From Sedimentisphaerales bacterium (GTDB taxonomy: Bacteria > Planctomycetota > Phycisphaerae > Sedimentisphaerales > Anaerobacaceae): 64,000 bases of DNA. The translations under genes were made by a program, and so were the position numbers. The notes under the pieces were generated by a model. The model searched no databases. It had not been told where the DNA came from and saw only the letters and a list, made by a program, of their open reading frames with translations. Location: contig JAXGYC010000010.1 of NCBI GenBank assembly GCA_040772485.1, positions 256,001 to 320,000 on the forward strand, given 5' to 3'. Below, piece after piece: positions 1 to 9,788 of the stretch; the stretch's first letter is position 1, and every line of letters starts with the position of its first letter.

Positions 1-936
1 CAGGGCCGAGGGAACACGCTTCTGCGCTTCGGCGATCACCGCCTTGATGCGATCGGAGATCTGCACCGCGTTGGCGCCGACGCGCTTGCTGACGCTCAGC
101 GTGATCGTGTCCGCGCCGTTGAGTCGCGAGAAGCTGGTCCGGTCCTTGAACGTATATCGCACCGTCGCGACATCGGCCAGGTAGATGGGGACGCCGTCGC
201 GAGCGGTCAGCATCAGATGGTCCACCTCTTCCGGCGTCACGAACTCGGCGGGGATGCGCACGTTGAACTTCGTGCCCGGAGTCTCGAGCCCTCCGGCGGA
301 GATATTGACGTTCTCCGACGGAATCAGCGCCAGGATCTCGGGGATGGTCAGGTTGTACTTGGCCAGGCGGTCGGGATCGAACTCCAGGCGAATCTCCCGT
401 TCGAGATCGCCGGCCATCTCGACCTTCAGGACACCCGGCGTCGCTTCCAGCACGTCCTGCACGTCGTCGGCGATCTCCTTGAGCAGCACGGGCGAAACAT
501 CGCCCGACAGACTGATCAACATGATCGGCAACTCGGCGAAGTTGATCTCTTTGATGATCGGCTCTTCCGCGTCCTGAGGCAGTTCCCCCTTCGCCATGTC
601 CACACGGTCGCGCACCCGCTGCAACGCGACCTCGCTGGGCACATCCGGGTCGAATTCGACGCTGATCAGCGACATGCCCTCGGCGCTGCTGGAGGTAATC
701 TCTTCAACGCCGCGAATCCCGTTGAGTTCCTTCTCGATCTTCATCGTGACGGACGTCTCAATGTCCTCGGGCGAGACCCCCTCGTACATGGTCGTCACCA
801 TGATATAGGGAATGGGAATGTCCGGAGCCGCCTCGCGCGGCAGCGAGACATAGCTGGTGGCGCCCAGCAGAACGATGATCAAGCCCAGGACGGCGACAGT
901 GGTCCGGTTTCGAATCGCGGCATCGGTGAGGAGCAT
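1..936 (-). CDS. RND efflux transporter permease (AcrB/AcrD/AcrF family), 5' part; runs off the window
   Basis: Manual translation from ATG 936: MLLTDAAIRNRTTVAVLGLIIVLLGATSYVSLPREAAPDIPIPYIMVTTMYEGVSPEDIETSVTMKIEKEL...ITSSSAEGMS, a typical AcrB-family N-terminus. Lies directly downstream of the MFP gene. Confidence 0.93.
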   Translation of the reverse strand, partial: MLLTDAAIRNRTTVAVLGLIIVLLGATSYVSLPREAAPDIPIPYIMVTTMYEGVSPEDIETSVTMKIEKELNGIRGVEEITSSSAEGMSLISVEFDPDVPSEVALQRVRDRVDMAKGELPQDAEEPIIKEINFAELPIMLISLSGDVSPVLLKEIADDVQDVLEATPGVLKVEMAGDLEREIRLEFDPDRLAKYNLTIPEILALIPSENVNISAGGLETPGTKFNVRIPAEFVTPEEVDHLMLTARDGVPIYLADVATVRYTFKDRTSFSRLNGADTITLSVSKRVGANAVQISDRIKAVIAEAQKRVPSAL

Positions 937-941
937 GGCGT

Positions 942-2054
942 CTACTTCGTCTCCGACTGGACATTGACGTTCTGGCCCGGGGCAACAAAACGGTGCCCGG
1001 CCACGATCAGCTTGTCGCCGGGCTTCAACCCGCTGACGATCTGGATCTGGTCGCCCTGGATGACGCCGAGTTGAACGTCGCGCCGCTTGGCCTGTGAACC
1101 CTCAACCACGTAGACCGCGTAGCCGTCCTCCAGGGGAATCACCGCCAGTAGCGGAATCAGGATGGCGTCCTTCATGACGCGACGCGTCAGGCGCACGCGG
1201 ACGATCTGGCCGCTCCGCAGCAGCCCCTGACGGTTGTCCAACGCGATCTCGACCGGCGTCGATCGCGTCTGCCGGTTGGCCAGTTGGCTGATGTAGGTGA
1301 CCTTGCCCGCGACGGATTTCTCACAGCCCTTGACGGTCGCCAGGACCTCCGCCTCCCGTCCTACGGAGAAGAACGCGATATCCTTTTCCGGGATGTCCAC
1401 GACGACCTTGACGGTGTCGATCTCCACGATCTCCGCCACTGGCGTGCCGGGCGAGACATATTCGCCCTCCTCGACGGGCAGATCGTTGAGCACCCCGTTG
1501 ACGGGCGAGAGAACATGCGTTCGGTCCAGGCGAGCGCGAGCCTCCTCGAACGCCGCCTTGCTGGCCGCCAACTGCGAAACGGCATTGTCCAGATCCTGCT
1601 GCGGCGCCGCGTCTTCCTTCACCAGCGTCGTCATCCGCTCGTATTCGATCTGATCGCGTTTGTATTTGGCCTCGGCGGTTGCGAACTGAGGCTGAATGAG
1701 ATCCGTCTTGAGCTGGACGAGCAGATCGCCCCGCCGCACCGCGTCGCCCTCCTTCGGCAGAATACGTGCAATGGCCGCCGCCTCTTCCGCTGATACGGTC
1801 ACCACGCGATTGGGCTCGATCACGGCGGGAAGGATGAACGTGTCCGCCAGCGTCCCCTCCGGAACGATTTCCATCACGGAGACGTTCACCGGGGGCGCCT
1901 CCGTGGGCGAAGCCTCCTTGCTCGGCTGCGGCATCATGGCGATGGCAACCACCGCCCCCACCGCAACAAGGGCGATCACTGTCTTGGTCGCAATCCGCCG
2001 AAAGCGACCGCGACTCTCCTTAGACCCCTGGCTCTTCTGCGATTTGTCGCTCAT
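942..2054 (-). CDS. RND efflux periplasmic adaptor (membrane fusion protein)
   Basis: N-terminal TM anchor, lipoyl-like halves (EGDAVRRGDLL; SPVNGV...EGEYVSPG), coiled hairpin, C-terminal GLKPGDKLIVAG. Confidence 0.93.
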   Translation of the reverse strand: MSDKSQKSQGSKESRGRFRRIATKTVIALVAVGAVVAIAMMPQPSKEASPTEAPPVNVSVMEIVPEGTLADTFILPAVIEPNRVVTVSAEEAAAIARILPKEGDAVRRGDLLVQLKTDLIQPQFATAEAKYKRDQIEYERMTTLVKEDAAPQQDLDNAVSQLAASKAAFEEARARLDRTHVLSPVNGVLNDLPVEEGEYVSPGTPVAEIVEIDTVKVVVDIPEKDIAFFSVGREAEVLATVKGCEKSVAGKVTYISQLANRQTRSTPVEIALDNRQGLLRSGQIVRVRLTRRVMKDAILIPLLAVIPLEDGYAVYVVEGSQAKRRDVQLGVIQGDQIQIVSGLKPGDKLIVAGHRFVAPGQNVNVQSETK

Positions 2055-2122
2055 GAACTCTACCCGTCTCTTGGCAACAGGAACAGCTACCCGCGTCCCG
2101 GGCTGTGCCAGCCAAGCCTCTT

Positions 2123-2151
2123 ACTATAGTTCTGCGTCTACCCTTACGCAA
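2123..2151 (-). promoter_or_regulatory. Putative sigma70 promoter of the RND operon
   Basis: TTGCGT-N17-TATAGT on the minus strand, about 70 nt before ATG 2054. Confidence 0.55.
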
Positions 2152-2343
2152 GGTCCGCGATCGAAAGCCTCATTGGAGCCCAGCCAATGCGTGAAAACCG
2201 GCACAAAAAGAGCAAGGCATTCCGCACTCTTCTCACAACCATCAGTAGCATCCAGGCCCGGCGTAAACGCCGGACCGCTGGACCCTGATATCACAGTCGC
2301 AATCAGGCCGCCAATGGTTGCGAAAACACTCGTTTAATACGAT

Positions 2344-2371
2344 AGTTTAAAACATCTGTTTAACAAGTCAA
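2344..2371 (-). promoter_or_regulatory. Second upstream promoter-like site overlapped by an AAACA-TC-TGTTT inverted repeat (candidate repressor operator)
   Basis: TTGACT-N16-TAAACT on the minus strand in an AT-rich patch, with the palindrome inside the spacer. Confidence 0.4.
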
Positions 2372-2442
2372 GCCGCTCGTCCTGGGAAATCGCCGAAAAA
2401 AGTGTGACCCGCAAGGCGATTCGCCGTCCGGCGACGCGTAGC

Positions 2443-2471
2443 TTGACCGTCTGGGTCGATTTCGGTACTAT
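2443..2471 (+). promoter_or_regulatory. Putative sigma70 promoter for the 2549-4953 genes
   Basis: TTGACC-N17-TACTAT. Confidence 0.6.
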
Positions 2472-2548
2472 GCCCCGGACGGTGTCATGGCGAGCCAGCA
2501 CGGCCGGCGTGCCCCGTCCCAACGCTAACAGACAGAAGGAGTGGTCGC

Positions 2549-3286
2549 ATGCCCCAGGAAGAGCAGGTAATGGTTGTCGAACGGAGTGTCTTTGATGAGG
2601 TGGGTAGCTTTCACGGCCTGAATTTCGACGTCGAGAAGTATCTCGACGCCCTTTTCGCCCAAGGGGTGCCGCGTTTCATGCCGAGACCCCAAGCAGAGAA
2701 GGACCCCTCCTTCAAGCAACTAGTCGCGTATGTCATCATGACCTGTGAGGGCAAGTGCCTCACTTACGTCCGGGGCAAGCGGGCCGGCGAGACCCGCCTC
2801 GTCGGGAACCGGTCCATCGGAATCGGAGGACACATCAATCCCGTGGACTGGACGCTGTTCAGCGCCGATTTCTACAAGACGTACTGCGAAGCCGTCGAGC
2901 GAGAAGTCAGTGAAGAGGTCTGCGTCGAGGCTGGTCACACCGACCACGTGGTTGCCCTGCTCAACGATGATTCCAATGAGGTCGGCCAGGTTCACCTCGG
3001 GATCGTACACTGCTGGGTCCTCGATACACCGAACGTCACCAAGCGCGAGCAGATGATCACACAGATGGACTTTCTGACCATCGAGCAGTTGCAGGCGGTG
3101 CGCGACACCATGGAGACCTGGTCGCAACTGTGCCTCGATGGCCTGCCGCAGGTGATGAGCCGCCTGGAACTGGCAACGCATCCCAAGACCACGCAAGATG
3201 TCCATGTTGACATCATCGGTATCGACTCAAGACCAGCAGGCAAACACCATTCCAAAGCGGAAGATCACCCGACCCCATCGCGGTAG
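2549..3286 (+). CDS. NUDIX-fold predicted phosphoesterase (COG4112-like)
   Basis: AEKDPSFKQLVAY, RL...SIGIGGHIN, AVEREVSEE, LLNDDSNEVGQVHLG, METWSQ motifs; AAGGAG RBS. Confidence 0.8.
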   Translation: MPQEEQVMVVERSVFDEVGSFHGLNFDVEKYLDALFAQGVPRFMPRPQAEKDPSFKQLVAYVIMTCEGKCLTYVRGKRAGETRLVGNRSIGIGGHINPVDWTLFSADFYKTYCEAVEREVSEEVCVEAGHTDHVVALLNDDSNEVGQVHLGIVHCWVLDTPNVTKREQMITQMDFLTIEQLQAVRDTMETWSQLCLDGLPQVMSRLELATHPKTTQDVHVDIIGIDSRPAGKHHSKAEDHPTPSR

Positions 3287-3310
3287 CAGGCTTCTTACGA
3301 AAGGTGGACC

Positions 3311-4090
3311 ATGACCAAGCTAATGAACTGCCTGTCAATCATCGTGGTGCTGTTGACGACTGCCGCCGGAGCCCAGGAATGGAAACTGGTCTGGTCGGAC
3401 GAGTTCCAGCTCGCCGGGGCGCCCGATCCGAACAAATGGGATTACGAGCAGGGCTACATCCGCAACAAAGAGCTGCAATTCTACACCAAGGCCAGGCCCG
3501 AAAACGCGCGAGTCGAGGACGGCTGCCTCGTCATCGAGACGCGAAAGGACGGATTCGAAGGCCATCCCATCACCTCGGCCAGCCTGCACACGCGATGGAA
3601 GGCGGCCTGGCGTTACGGTCGGATCGAGGTGCGCGCCAAGCTGCCGACCGGCAAGGGCATGTGGCCGGCGATCTGGATGCTCGGTGTCAATCGCGAGAGC
3701 GGCTGGCCCGCCTGCGGCGAGATCGACATCATGGAGAACGTCGGCTTCGATCCGTTGAAGATTCACGCCAACGTCCACACCAAGGCGTACAACCACGTCC
3801 TGGGCACCAACAAGGGCAACCGCATCGAGGTCGCCGATCCGTCGCAGAACTTCCACGTCTACGCCATCGAGTGGTTTGAGGATCACATTGATTTCTTCGT
3901 GGACAAGACGAAGTACTTCACATTCGGCAACGAAGGGACAGGCAATGACGTCTGGCCGTTCGACAAGCCGCACTACCTGATCCTCAACGCGGCGTATGGC
4001 GGCTCATGGGGCGGCGCTCAAGGCACAGACGACGCCATTTTGCCGCAGAAGTACTTCATCGACTACGTCCGCGTCTACCAGAGCAAGTGA
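3311..4090 (+). CDS. Secreted glycoside hydrolase family 16 (beta-glucanase/laminarinase-like)
   Basis: Signal peptide; LVWSDEF, WPAIWML, catalytic GEIDIME, IDYVRVYQ. Confidence 0.93.
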   Translation: MTKLMNCLSIIVVLLTTAAGAQEWKLVWSDEFQLAGAPDPNKWDYEQGYIRNKELQFYTKARPENARVEDGCLVIETRKDGFEGHPITSASLHTRWKAAWRYGRIEVRAKLPTGKGMWPAIWMLGVNRESGWPACGEIDIMENVGFDPLKIHANVHTKAYNHVLGTNKGNRIEVADPSQNFHVYAIEWFEDHIDFFVDKTKYFTFGNEGTGNDVWPFDKPHYLILNAAYGGSWGGAQGTDDAILPQKYFIDYVRVYQSK

Positions 4091-4131
4091 CGCTCGTCCG
4101 TGTCGATTCGATTGAATGGAGAACGCATCGC

Positions 4132-4953
4132 ATGAAGACTCTTCCACGCTTCGGACTGCTATCGGCAGCCCTCCTTCTGTTCGCAGGTTGTGCATCGAAA
4201 ATGGAAATCATCGCGCATCGTGGGGCCTCGTACCTGGCCCCGGAAAACACGGTCGCCTCGGCCAGGCTGGCCTGGGAAAAGAACGCCGACGCCGTCGAGG
4301 TCGACGTCTATCTCACGACGGATCAGCGGGTCGTGGTGATCCACGACCGCACGACCAAGCGGACCGGCGGCGAGGAGCTGGAGGTCGCGAACTGCACCGC
4401 AGAGCAACTGCGCCGTCTGGACGTCGGGAGTTTCAAGGACGCGAGCTTCGCGGGCGAGCGCATCCCCGTGCTGGAAGAAATCGTCGAGACGGTGCCTGCC
4501 GGCAAGAAGCTCTTTGTGGAGATCAAGTGCGGCCCGGAGGTGTTGCCGGCATTGGAGAAGATCTTCGTCGAAAGCGGCAAACGCTCACAGATCGTGATCA
4601 TCGGCTTCGGTCTGGAGACGGTCACAGCCTCCAAGCAACTCATGCCGGACATCCCCACGTACTGGCTGGTCGGCACGAAGAAGGACGAGCAGACCGAGGC
4701 GTGGATTCCGCACGACAAAACCCTCGCCGACCAGGCGGCTGCCGCCGGCCTGGACGGCCTGAACGTGCATTATGCCGGCGTCACGAAGGAATTCGCCAAG
4801 AGTGTCCGAGATGCCGGTTTGGGCCTGTACGTCTGGACGGTCAACGACGTTGCGGAAGCAGCTCGCCTCGTCAGGATCGGTGTCGACGGCATAACGACCG
4901 ACCGGCCGGGGTGGCTCCGTAGCGAACTATCCGGCTCCAAACACCTGTTCTGA
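4132..4953 (+). CDS. Glycerophosphodiester phosphodiesterase, putative lipoprotein
   Basis: IIAHRGASYLAPENT, EVDV, VVIHD, VWTVN, GVDGITTDRP; lipobox-like LFAGC. Confidence 0.92.
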   Translation: MKTLPRFGLLSAALLLFAGCASKMEIIAHRGASYLAPENTVASARLAWEKNADAVEVDVYLTTDQRVVVIHDRTTKRTGGEELEVANCTAEQLRRLDVGSFKDASFAGERIPVLEEIVETVPAGKKLFVEIKCGPEVLPALEKIFVESGKRSQIVIIGFGLETVTASKQLMPDIPTYWLVGTKKDEQTEAWIPHDKTLADQAAAAGLDGLNVHYAGVTKEFAKSVRDAGLGLYVWTVNDVAEAARLVRIGVDGITTDRPGWLRSELSGSKHLF

Positions 4954-4989
4954 ACGGTTCGTGTCCTGCGATGAACAGAGGCCGGCAGG

Positions 4990-6219
4990 TCAGGCCCTCA
5001 GTCCGGTCAGATCGGCTTCGAGCCTTCGGTTCTCGCGGAACAGCTCGTCCAGTGTCAGCCTGGTCCTGCGGCGCGCCGCCTCGCGGCCCAGGATCGTCGC
5101 CAGCGTTGCGTTGACGCTTGGCTCGACCGTCGGGTTGTCGTAGAGACCATCCGTAACGCACTTGTGAAACGTGTCGATGTTCCGCCTGGCCCCGCTGGGA
5201 TAGAGATCCACGACATCACCGCCGCGCCAGCCGGCTCGATTGCCGAGAATCCGGACCTGTGTGGTGTAGCCGGTCTCCAGGTAGCCATCGCGGCCCTGGG
5301 CGAAACAGTCCGAGCGGAACTCGAACCGGTTCTTGAGGTGCTCGCCCCGATGGTTCAGGATGAGCCCATCGGCGAACTCGTACGTGATGGAATAGACGTC
5401 GTGCGAATCCCCGTGCGGGTCGGCCCGGCCGATGCGCGAGGCCCCCATCGCGGCAACCGGCATCTGCCCGGCGATCCACAGCGCCACATCGATCGCGTGA
5501 ATCCCCGCGTTGACGAGATAGCTGCCACCCAAGGCCTCGTCATTGACCCAGATCAACTGCTGCAGGCGGCTCTCGATCGTCGCGGTCTTGGGCGGATCGC
5601 TGAAGCTCTCGTCGTTGTATTCTGAGCTGAGCATCGCAATCGGGCCGATGGCGCCCTCGCGGACACGCTGGACGCCCTCAATGAAGAATGGATCGGTTCG
5701 CGTCTGGAAATCGCACAGGAAGACCTGCTTGTTCGTCGTCGCCTTCCTTGCGGCGTCTCGGATGCGCAGGCAGCCGGGCACATCGCAGCCCAAGGGCTTG
5801 GCGATATAGACGTGAAGGCCGGCCTGGACCGCCGCCTCGACGTGGTCCGGGAAGCAGTACGGCGGAGTCTCCAGGAAGACGGCGTCGACGCCGCTGGCAA
5901 CGAGCTCGTCGCAAGCCGAAAGGCCCCAGAAGCGTCTGGCCTCGGGGACACCGAACCGCTCCCCCGCCGCCTTGGCAACGGGCGCGAAGTAGTCCGCGAC
6001 CGCCCAGACCTCGTAGCCTCCATGCCTGGCGAGCATATCGGTGATCATCGTACCGCGCTGGCCGACGCCGACGATGCCCACTCTGATTCGACGGCTGGCG
6101 GCTGTCGCGAGGACGACGCCATGCCGGGCGGCCGTGATGGAGAACGCCGCCGCACCGGCGCCGATGAGGAAGTCGCGACGACGGAGTCTCCGCTTCGATT
6201 GATTCGTTGTCCTTGCCAT
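4990..6219 (-). CDS. Tat-exported Gfo/Idh/MocA family oxidoreductase
   Basis: RRDFLIG Tat motif; GIVGVGQRG Rossmann motif; HVYIAKP; GGSYLVNAGIHAID. Confidence 0.9.
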   Translation of the reverse strand: MARTTNQSKRRLRRRDFLIGAGAAAFSITAARHGVVLATAASRRIRVGIVGVGQRGTMITDMLARHGGYEVWAVADYFAPVAKAAGERFGVPEARRFWGLSACDELVASGVDAVFLETPPYCFPDHVEAAVQAGLHVYIAKPLGCDVPGCLRIRDAARKATTNKQVFLCDFQTRTDPFFIEGVQRVREGAIGPIAMLSSEYNDESFSDPPKTATIESRLQQLIWVNDEALGGSYLVNAGIHAIDVALWIAGQMPVAAMGASRIGRADPHGDSHDVYSITYEFADGLILNHRGEHLKNRFEFRSDCFAQGRDGYLETGYTTQVRILGNRAGWRGGDVVDLYPSGARRNIDTFHKCVTDGLYDNPTVEPSVNATLATILGREAARRRTRLTLDELFRENRRLEADLTGLRA

Positions 6220-6254
6220 AATCCGACCTCTCCTATCGAGCATAGCTTGATGGA

Positions 6255-7235
6255 TCACCCGTTGACACCGAGCTTGGTGACACACGCCTTGATCTCTTCG
6301 AAACGCTCCTCGGCGAGCAGCCTGCCGTAATCGCGCATCGCTGTACCGATGTTGCTCCACGCAGCCCAGATGGGCTCTTTGCCCCGTGGGGCCGCAAGCT
6401 GTCTGGCGACCAGCGCCGCCTCGGCGTCCACGAAACGGTCGAGCGTCTTGTAGTCCCACGTGGGCATTCTTCGCGCGAGCGTGGCCAGCCTCGATACAAT
6501 CGTCTCGGTGAGCACGCGTCCGTCCTCGGCCGACGCCTGTGCTTTCGGATCGCGTCCGTGCACCCCTCGGTGCGGCGGGTCGCCCAGTCGCGACAGCCTG
6601 ACCGTGTCGGGATACAAATGCATCATCAGCGACGTCTCGCCCCATGCGGCGTGGTCGCCCGTGTAGTCCACATCCAGCGCCAGCATGTACTCCGGAGTAC
6701 CCAGCACGGGAATAGCCAGGGCCCGGCTCATACGCACGGCAGTCTCGCGCACGACGATCTGCTGCGCCGCGCCGTAGTGCCCCGTGAGAATGATGATCGC
6801 GCGGTACCCATCGCGGGCCATCTCCCGACAAAGTTGCTCGAGCCAAGGCCGCAGCAATCTGCTGAACACGTCATCCTCGGGGTCCATAATGAATGTATGG
6901 GCCTCGCTCAGTCCGCCGACGCCACCGTAGAGCGGCGGCGCCACCACACCCCCGCCAGCCTGGGCCGCTCGGATGCACAGCGCATGGGCCTTGACTGCAT
7001 CGACCCCCACGACATTGTGGACGCCGTGCCATTCGATCGTGCCCAGCGGCTGGAAGATCGTCGCACAGGCCGCCCGCGCCGCCTCCAATTCCTTTGGACG
7101 AAGGAACTCCAGCCGAACGTCCTTCGATGCAGAGGTGTCCGAAGCGTCTGTTTCGTGGGCATACGCAAGAGAGCTGAGCAATGTGCCTGCCGCACCGACG
7201 CCGAGCAACTCCCGCCGTCCAAGCTTTCCAGTCAT
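6255..7235 (-). CDS. Tat-exported creatininase family amidohydrolase
   Basis: GRRELLG Tat-like signal; PLGTIEWHG.H...GVD, TGHYG, DHAAWGETS motifs. Confidence 0.88.
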   Translation of the reverse strand: MTGKLGRRELLGVGAAGTLLSSLAYAHETDASDTSASKDVRLEFLRPKELEAARAACATIFQPLGTIEWHGVHNVVGVDAVKAHALCIRAAQAGGGVVAPPLYGGVGGLSEAHTFIMDPEDDVFSRLLRPWLEQLCREMARDGYRAIIILTGHYGAAQQIVVRETAVRMSRALAIPVLGTPEYMLALDVDYTGDHAAWGETSLMMHLYPDTVRLSRLGDPPHRGVHGRDPKAQASAEDGRVLTETIVSRLATLARRMPTWDYKTLDRFVDAEAALVARQLAAPRGKEPIWAAWSNIGTAMRDYGRLLAEERFEEIKACVTKLGVNG

Positions 7236-7404
7236 GGCCTGTCTCCTTCACTTCCAAATGTCAGGAAATTCGTATGCGTATCGATGCTTCCGCGTCCCAG
7301 GAGAGTCTAACCGGACACGTCTTCTCTGCCAAGGCCGGAGGCGCGAACGGAGGCAGATTGCAGGAGAACGCCTGACGGCGTCACTACGAACCTGGGTTTT
7401 GGCG

Positions 7405-7433
7405 TTGACATTTGGCGGGATACCGCCGACGAT
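7405..7433 (+). promoter_or_regulatory. Putative promoter of the ABM-PPC-GH57 genes
   Basis: TTGACA-N17-GACGAT. Confidence 0.4.
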
Positions 7434-7477
7434 GGCGGCATCGAATCGAAATGGTTGTTCTTTGCAGGAGAATGCAG

Positions 7478-7780
7478 ATGTCCGAACAGGCGCTGACCGT
7501 GCTGGCCCGCGTGAGGGCCAGGGCAGAGAAGTTGCGGCAAGTTGAGGAGACGCTGACCGGGCTGATCGGCCCGACACGACGAGAGCCCGGCTGCATCAGT
7601 TACGCGCTGCATCAGTCCAACGACGATCCGTGCGTGTTCGTATTCGTCGAGATCTGGAGGAACCAGGCCGATCTGGACGAGCACCTCCAGAAGCCTCATC
7701 TACAGGCGTTCGTCGCCGCGGCGGGCGATCTGCTGGCCGAGCCGCTGGACGTCACATTGTGGCACGAGGTTCAGCCGTAG
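7478..7780 (+). CDS. Antibiotic biosynthesis monooxygenase (quinol monooxygenase YgiN-like)
   Basis: TRREPGCISYALHQ...FVFVEIW...LDEHLQKPH; GGAG RBS. Confidence 0.9.
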   Translation: MSEQALTVLARVRARAEKLRQVEETLTGLIGPTRREPGCISYALHQSNDDPCVFVFVEIWRNQADLDEHLQKPHLQAFVAAAGDLLAEPLDVTLWHEVQP

Positions 7781-7807
7781 CGATTGCCGTCACCATGGGG
7801 GTGTAAC

Positions 7808-8245
7808 ATGGAGTATTCGGTCGGACAAACCGGTCGCGTGATCGCCGCCAGGCTTTTCGAAGGCGAGGATTTGTACGAGTCCATCGAACAAATCGCGAAG
7901 AGAGAACAGATTCGCTGTGCCGCCGTGCTGATCACCGGTGGGTTCCGCCAAGCGAATGTCGTCGTCGGCCCCAAGCAGGAAGAGCCCCGGATCGAAGCCG
8001 ATTTTCGCACGTTCACCGGTCCGGGCGAGGCGTTCGGCGTCGGAACGATCTATTGCGACGACAAAGGTCCGAAACTGCACCTGCACGCGGCGATGGGCCG
8101 GGGCGGCGAGAATCTGGTGGGCTGCCCTCGCGGCGGCGCCAAGACCTTCCTGATCCTGGAAGTGACGATCATCGAAATCGTCGGGATCGAGGCGGGCCGC
8201 AAGCTCGATCCGGCCACCGGCTGGAACCTGCTGCGCGTGGGGTGA
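7808..8245 (+). CDS. PPC (DUF296) domain protein
   Basis: ARLFEGEDLYESI, GE..GVGTI, LHLHAAMG, LILEVTI. Confidence 0.85.
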   Translation: MEYSVGQTGRVIAARLFEGEDLYESIEQIAKREQIRCAAVLITGGFRQANVVVGPKQEEPRIEADFRTFTGPGEAFGVGTIYCDDKGPKLHLHAAMGRGGENLVGCPRGGAKTFLILEVTIIEIVGIEAGRKLDPATGWNLLRVG

Positions 8246-8303
8246 CCGGACAGCGGATCGCCCAAGTAATACTGTCGATACGACGCAAGGAAGGACCCTG
8301 TAA

Positions 8304-9770
8304 GTGAGCCAGCCAGCCCTGACCCCCGAGTACATCGATGGACTGCCGAACCTGTGCGGGTCCGAAGACCAGATCGCCGAGACGATGGGCCGCAGCGGGC
8401 CGTTCTACCTACCCGAGAGCGGGATCGACTTCGACCGTATCCAGAGTGCGTTCGCGATTGCGTTGCACATGCACCAGCCGCTGATCCCGGCCGGAGGCGA
8501 CGACCTCCGCACAGCGCGGATCATCAGCAATCTCGAAGACATGATGAACCATCCGAACATCGGCGACAATCACAACGCCTCCGTCTTCCGCTCGTGCTAC
8601 GAGCGCATGGGCCGGTTCATCCCGCAACTCGTCTCCGAGGGCAAGCAGCCCCGCGTGATGTTCGACTATTCAGGTTGCCTCTTGGACGGGCTCTGCCGGA
8701 TGGGCGCGACCGACGTGATCGACCGGCTTCGCAAGATCACATGCGACCGGGCGTATCGGCCCTGCGTCGAGTGGCTCGGGTCCGCGTGGGGACACCCCGT
8801 GGCGCCCTCGACCCCCGTACAGGATTACCGACTGCACGTCCGCGCCTGGCAGCACTTCTTCACCGCGTTGTTCGGGTTTGAGGCGCTGGCCCGCGTGCGC
8901 GGCTTCTCTCCGGCGGAGATGGCCCTTCCCAACCACCCCGACGTCTGCTACGAGTTCGTCAAGACGCTGAAGGACTGCGGCTACCGCTGGGTCCTCGTCC
9001 AGGAGCACACGGTCGAGCGGATCGAGGACGGAGGCCCGCTGCATTGGCCTCACGTGCCGCACCGACTGGTGGCGAGGAATTCCCGGGGACAGACGCTGAG
9101 CATCACCGCCATTGTCAAGACGCAGGGCAGCGACACCAAGCTCATCGGGCAGATGCAGCCGTATTACGAGGCCAAGGGCCTGGGCCGACGCGAGCTGGCG
9201 GGCCGGTCGATCCCGCCGCTCGTGACGCAGATCTCCGACGGCGAAAACGGCGGCGTGATGATGAACGAGTTCCCGCCGAAGTTCCTCAACGTGATCGCGG
9301 AAGCGTCAGGCAGCGCGACCGTTCCGGCCAACGTGACGGAGTACCTGGAATACCTCGACCGCCTCGGAATTGGCGAGGCGGACTTTCCGACAATCCAGCC
9401 GATCATGCAGAAGCGCCTCTGGGACCGATTCACCGACGGCGCTGGGCCGGAGAAGCTCGACGAGGCCATTGCCGAACTCCGCAAAGAGGATGGCCGCTTC
9501 CATATGGAAGGCGGAAGCTGGACCGCCAACATCTCCTGGGTTCGCGGCTACGACCACGTGCTCGGGCCCATGCAGAACGCCAGCGTCCTGTTCGCCGAGA
9601 AGGCGCTCGCCGCCGGCATCCCGACGACGGATGCGCGATACCGTAACGCGCTCTACCATCTCCTGACGACGCAGACGAGCTGCTTCCGTTATTGGGGCGA
9701 GGGCGCCTGGACCGACTACGGCCGCGAGCTGTGCCGCCGGACCATCGAAATCCTCAATGCCGACTTCTGA
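8304..9770 (+). CDS. Glycoside hydrolase family 57 protein
   Basis: ALHMHQP, GFSPAEM, QISDGENGG, TSCFRYWG motifs. Confidence 0.85.
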   Translation: MSQPALTPEYIDGLPNLCGSEDQIAETMGRSGPFYLPESGIDFDRIQSAFAIALHMHQPLIPAGGDDLRTARIISNLEDMMNHPNIGDNHNASVFRSCYERMGRFIPQLVSEGKQPRVMFDYSGCLLDGLCRMGATDVIDRLRKITCDRAYRPCVEWLGSAWGHPVAPSTPVQDYRLHVRAWQHFFTALFGFEALARVRGFSPAEMALPNHPDVCYEFVKTLKDCGYRWVLVQEHTVERIEDGGPLHWPHVPHRLVARNSRGQTLSITAIVKTQGSDTKLIGQMQPYYEAKGLGRRELAGRSIPPLVTQISDGENGGVMMNEFPPKFLNVIAEASGSATVPANVTEYLEYLDRLGIGEADFPTIQPIMQKRLWDRFTDGAGPEKLDEAIAELRKEDGRFHMEGGSWTANISWVRGYDHVLGPMQNASVLFAEKALAAGIPTTDARYRNALYHLLTTQTSCFRYWGEGAWTDYGRELCRRTIEILNADF

Positions 9771-9788
9771 TCCTGCCCTTCTGACCCG

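Noticed and set aside
4990..6846. 618-aa version of the oxidoreductase and other 5'-extended ORF-track starts (18109-19875, 48856-50130, 56376-59258)
   Set aside because: The extensions overlap neighbouring genes or non-coding repeats. Downstream starts fit the RBS, signal peptide or family N-terminus better.
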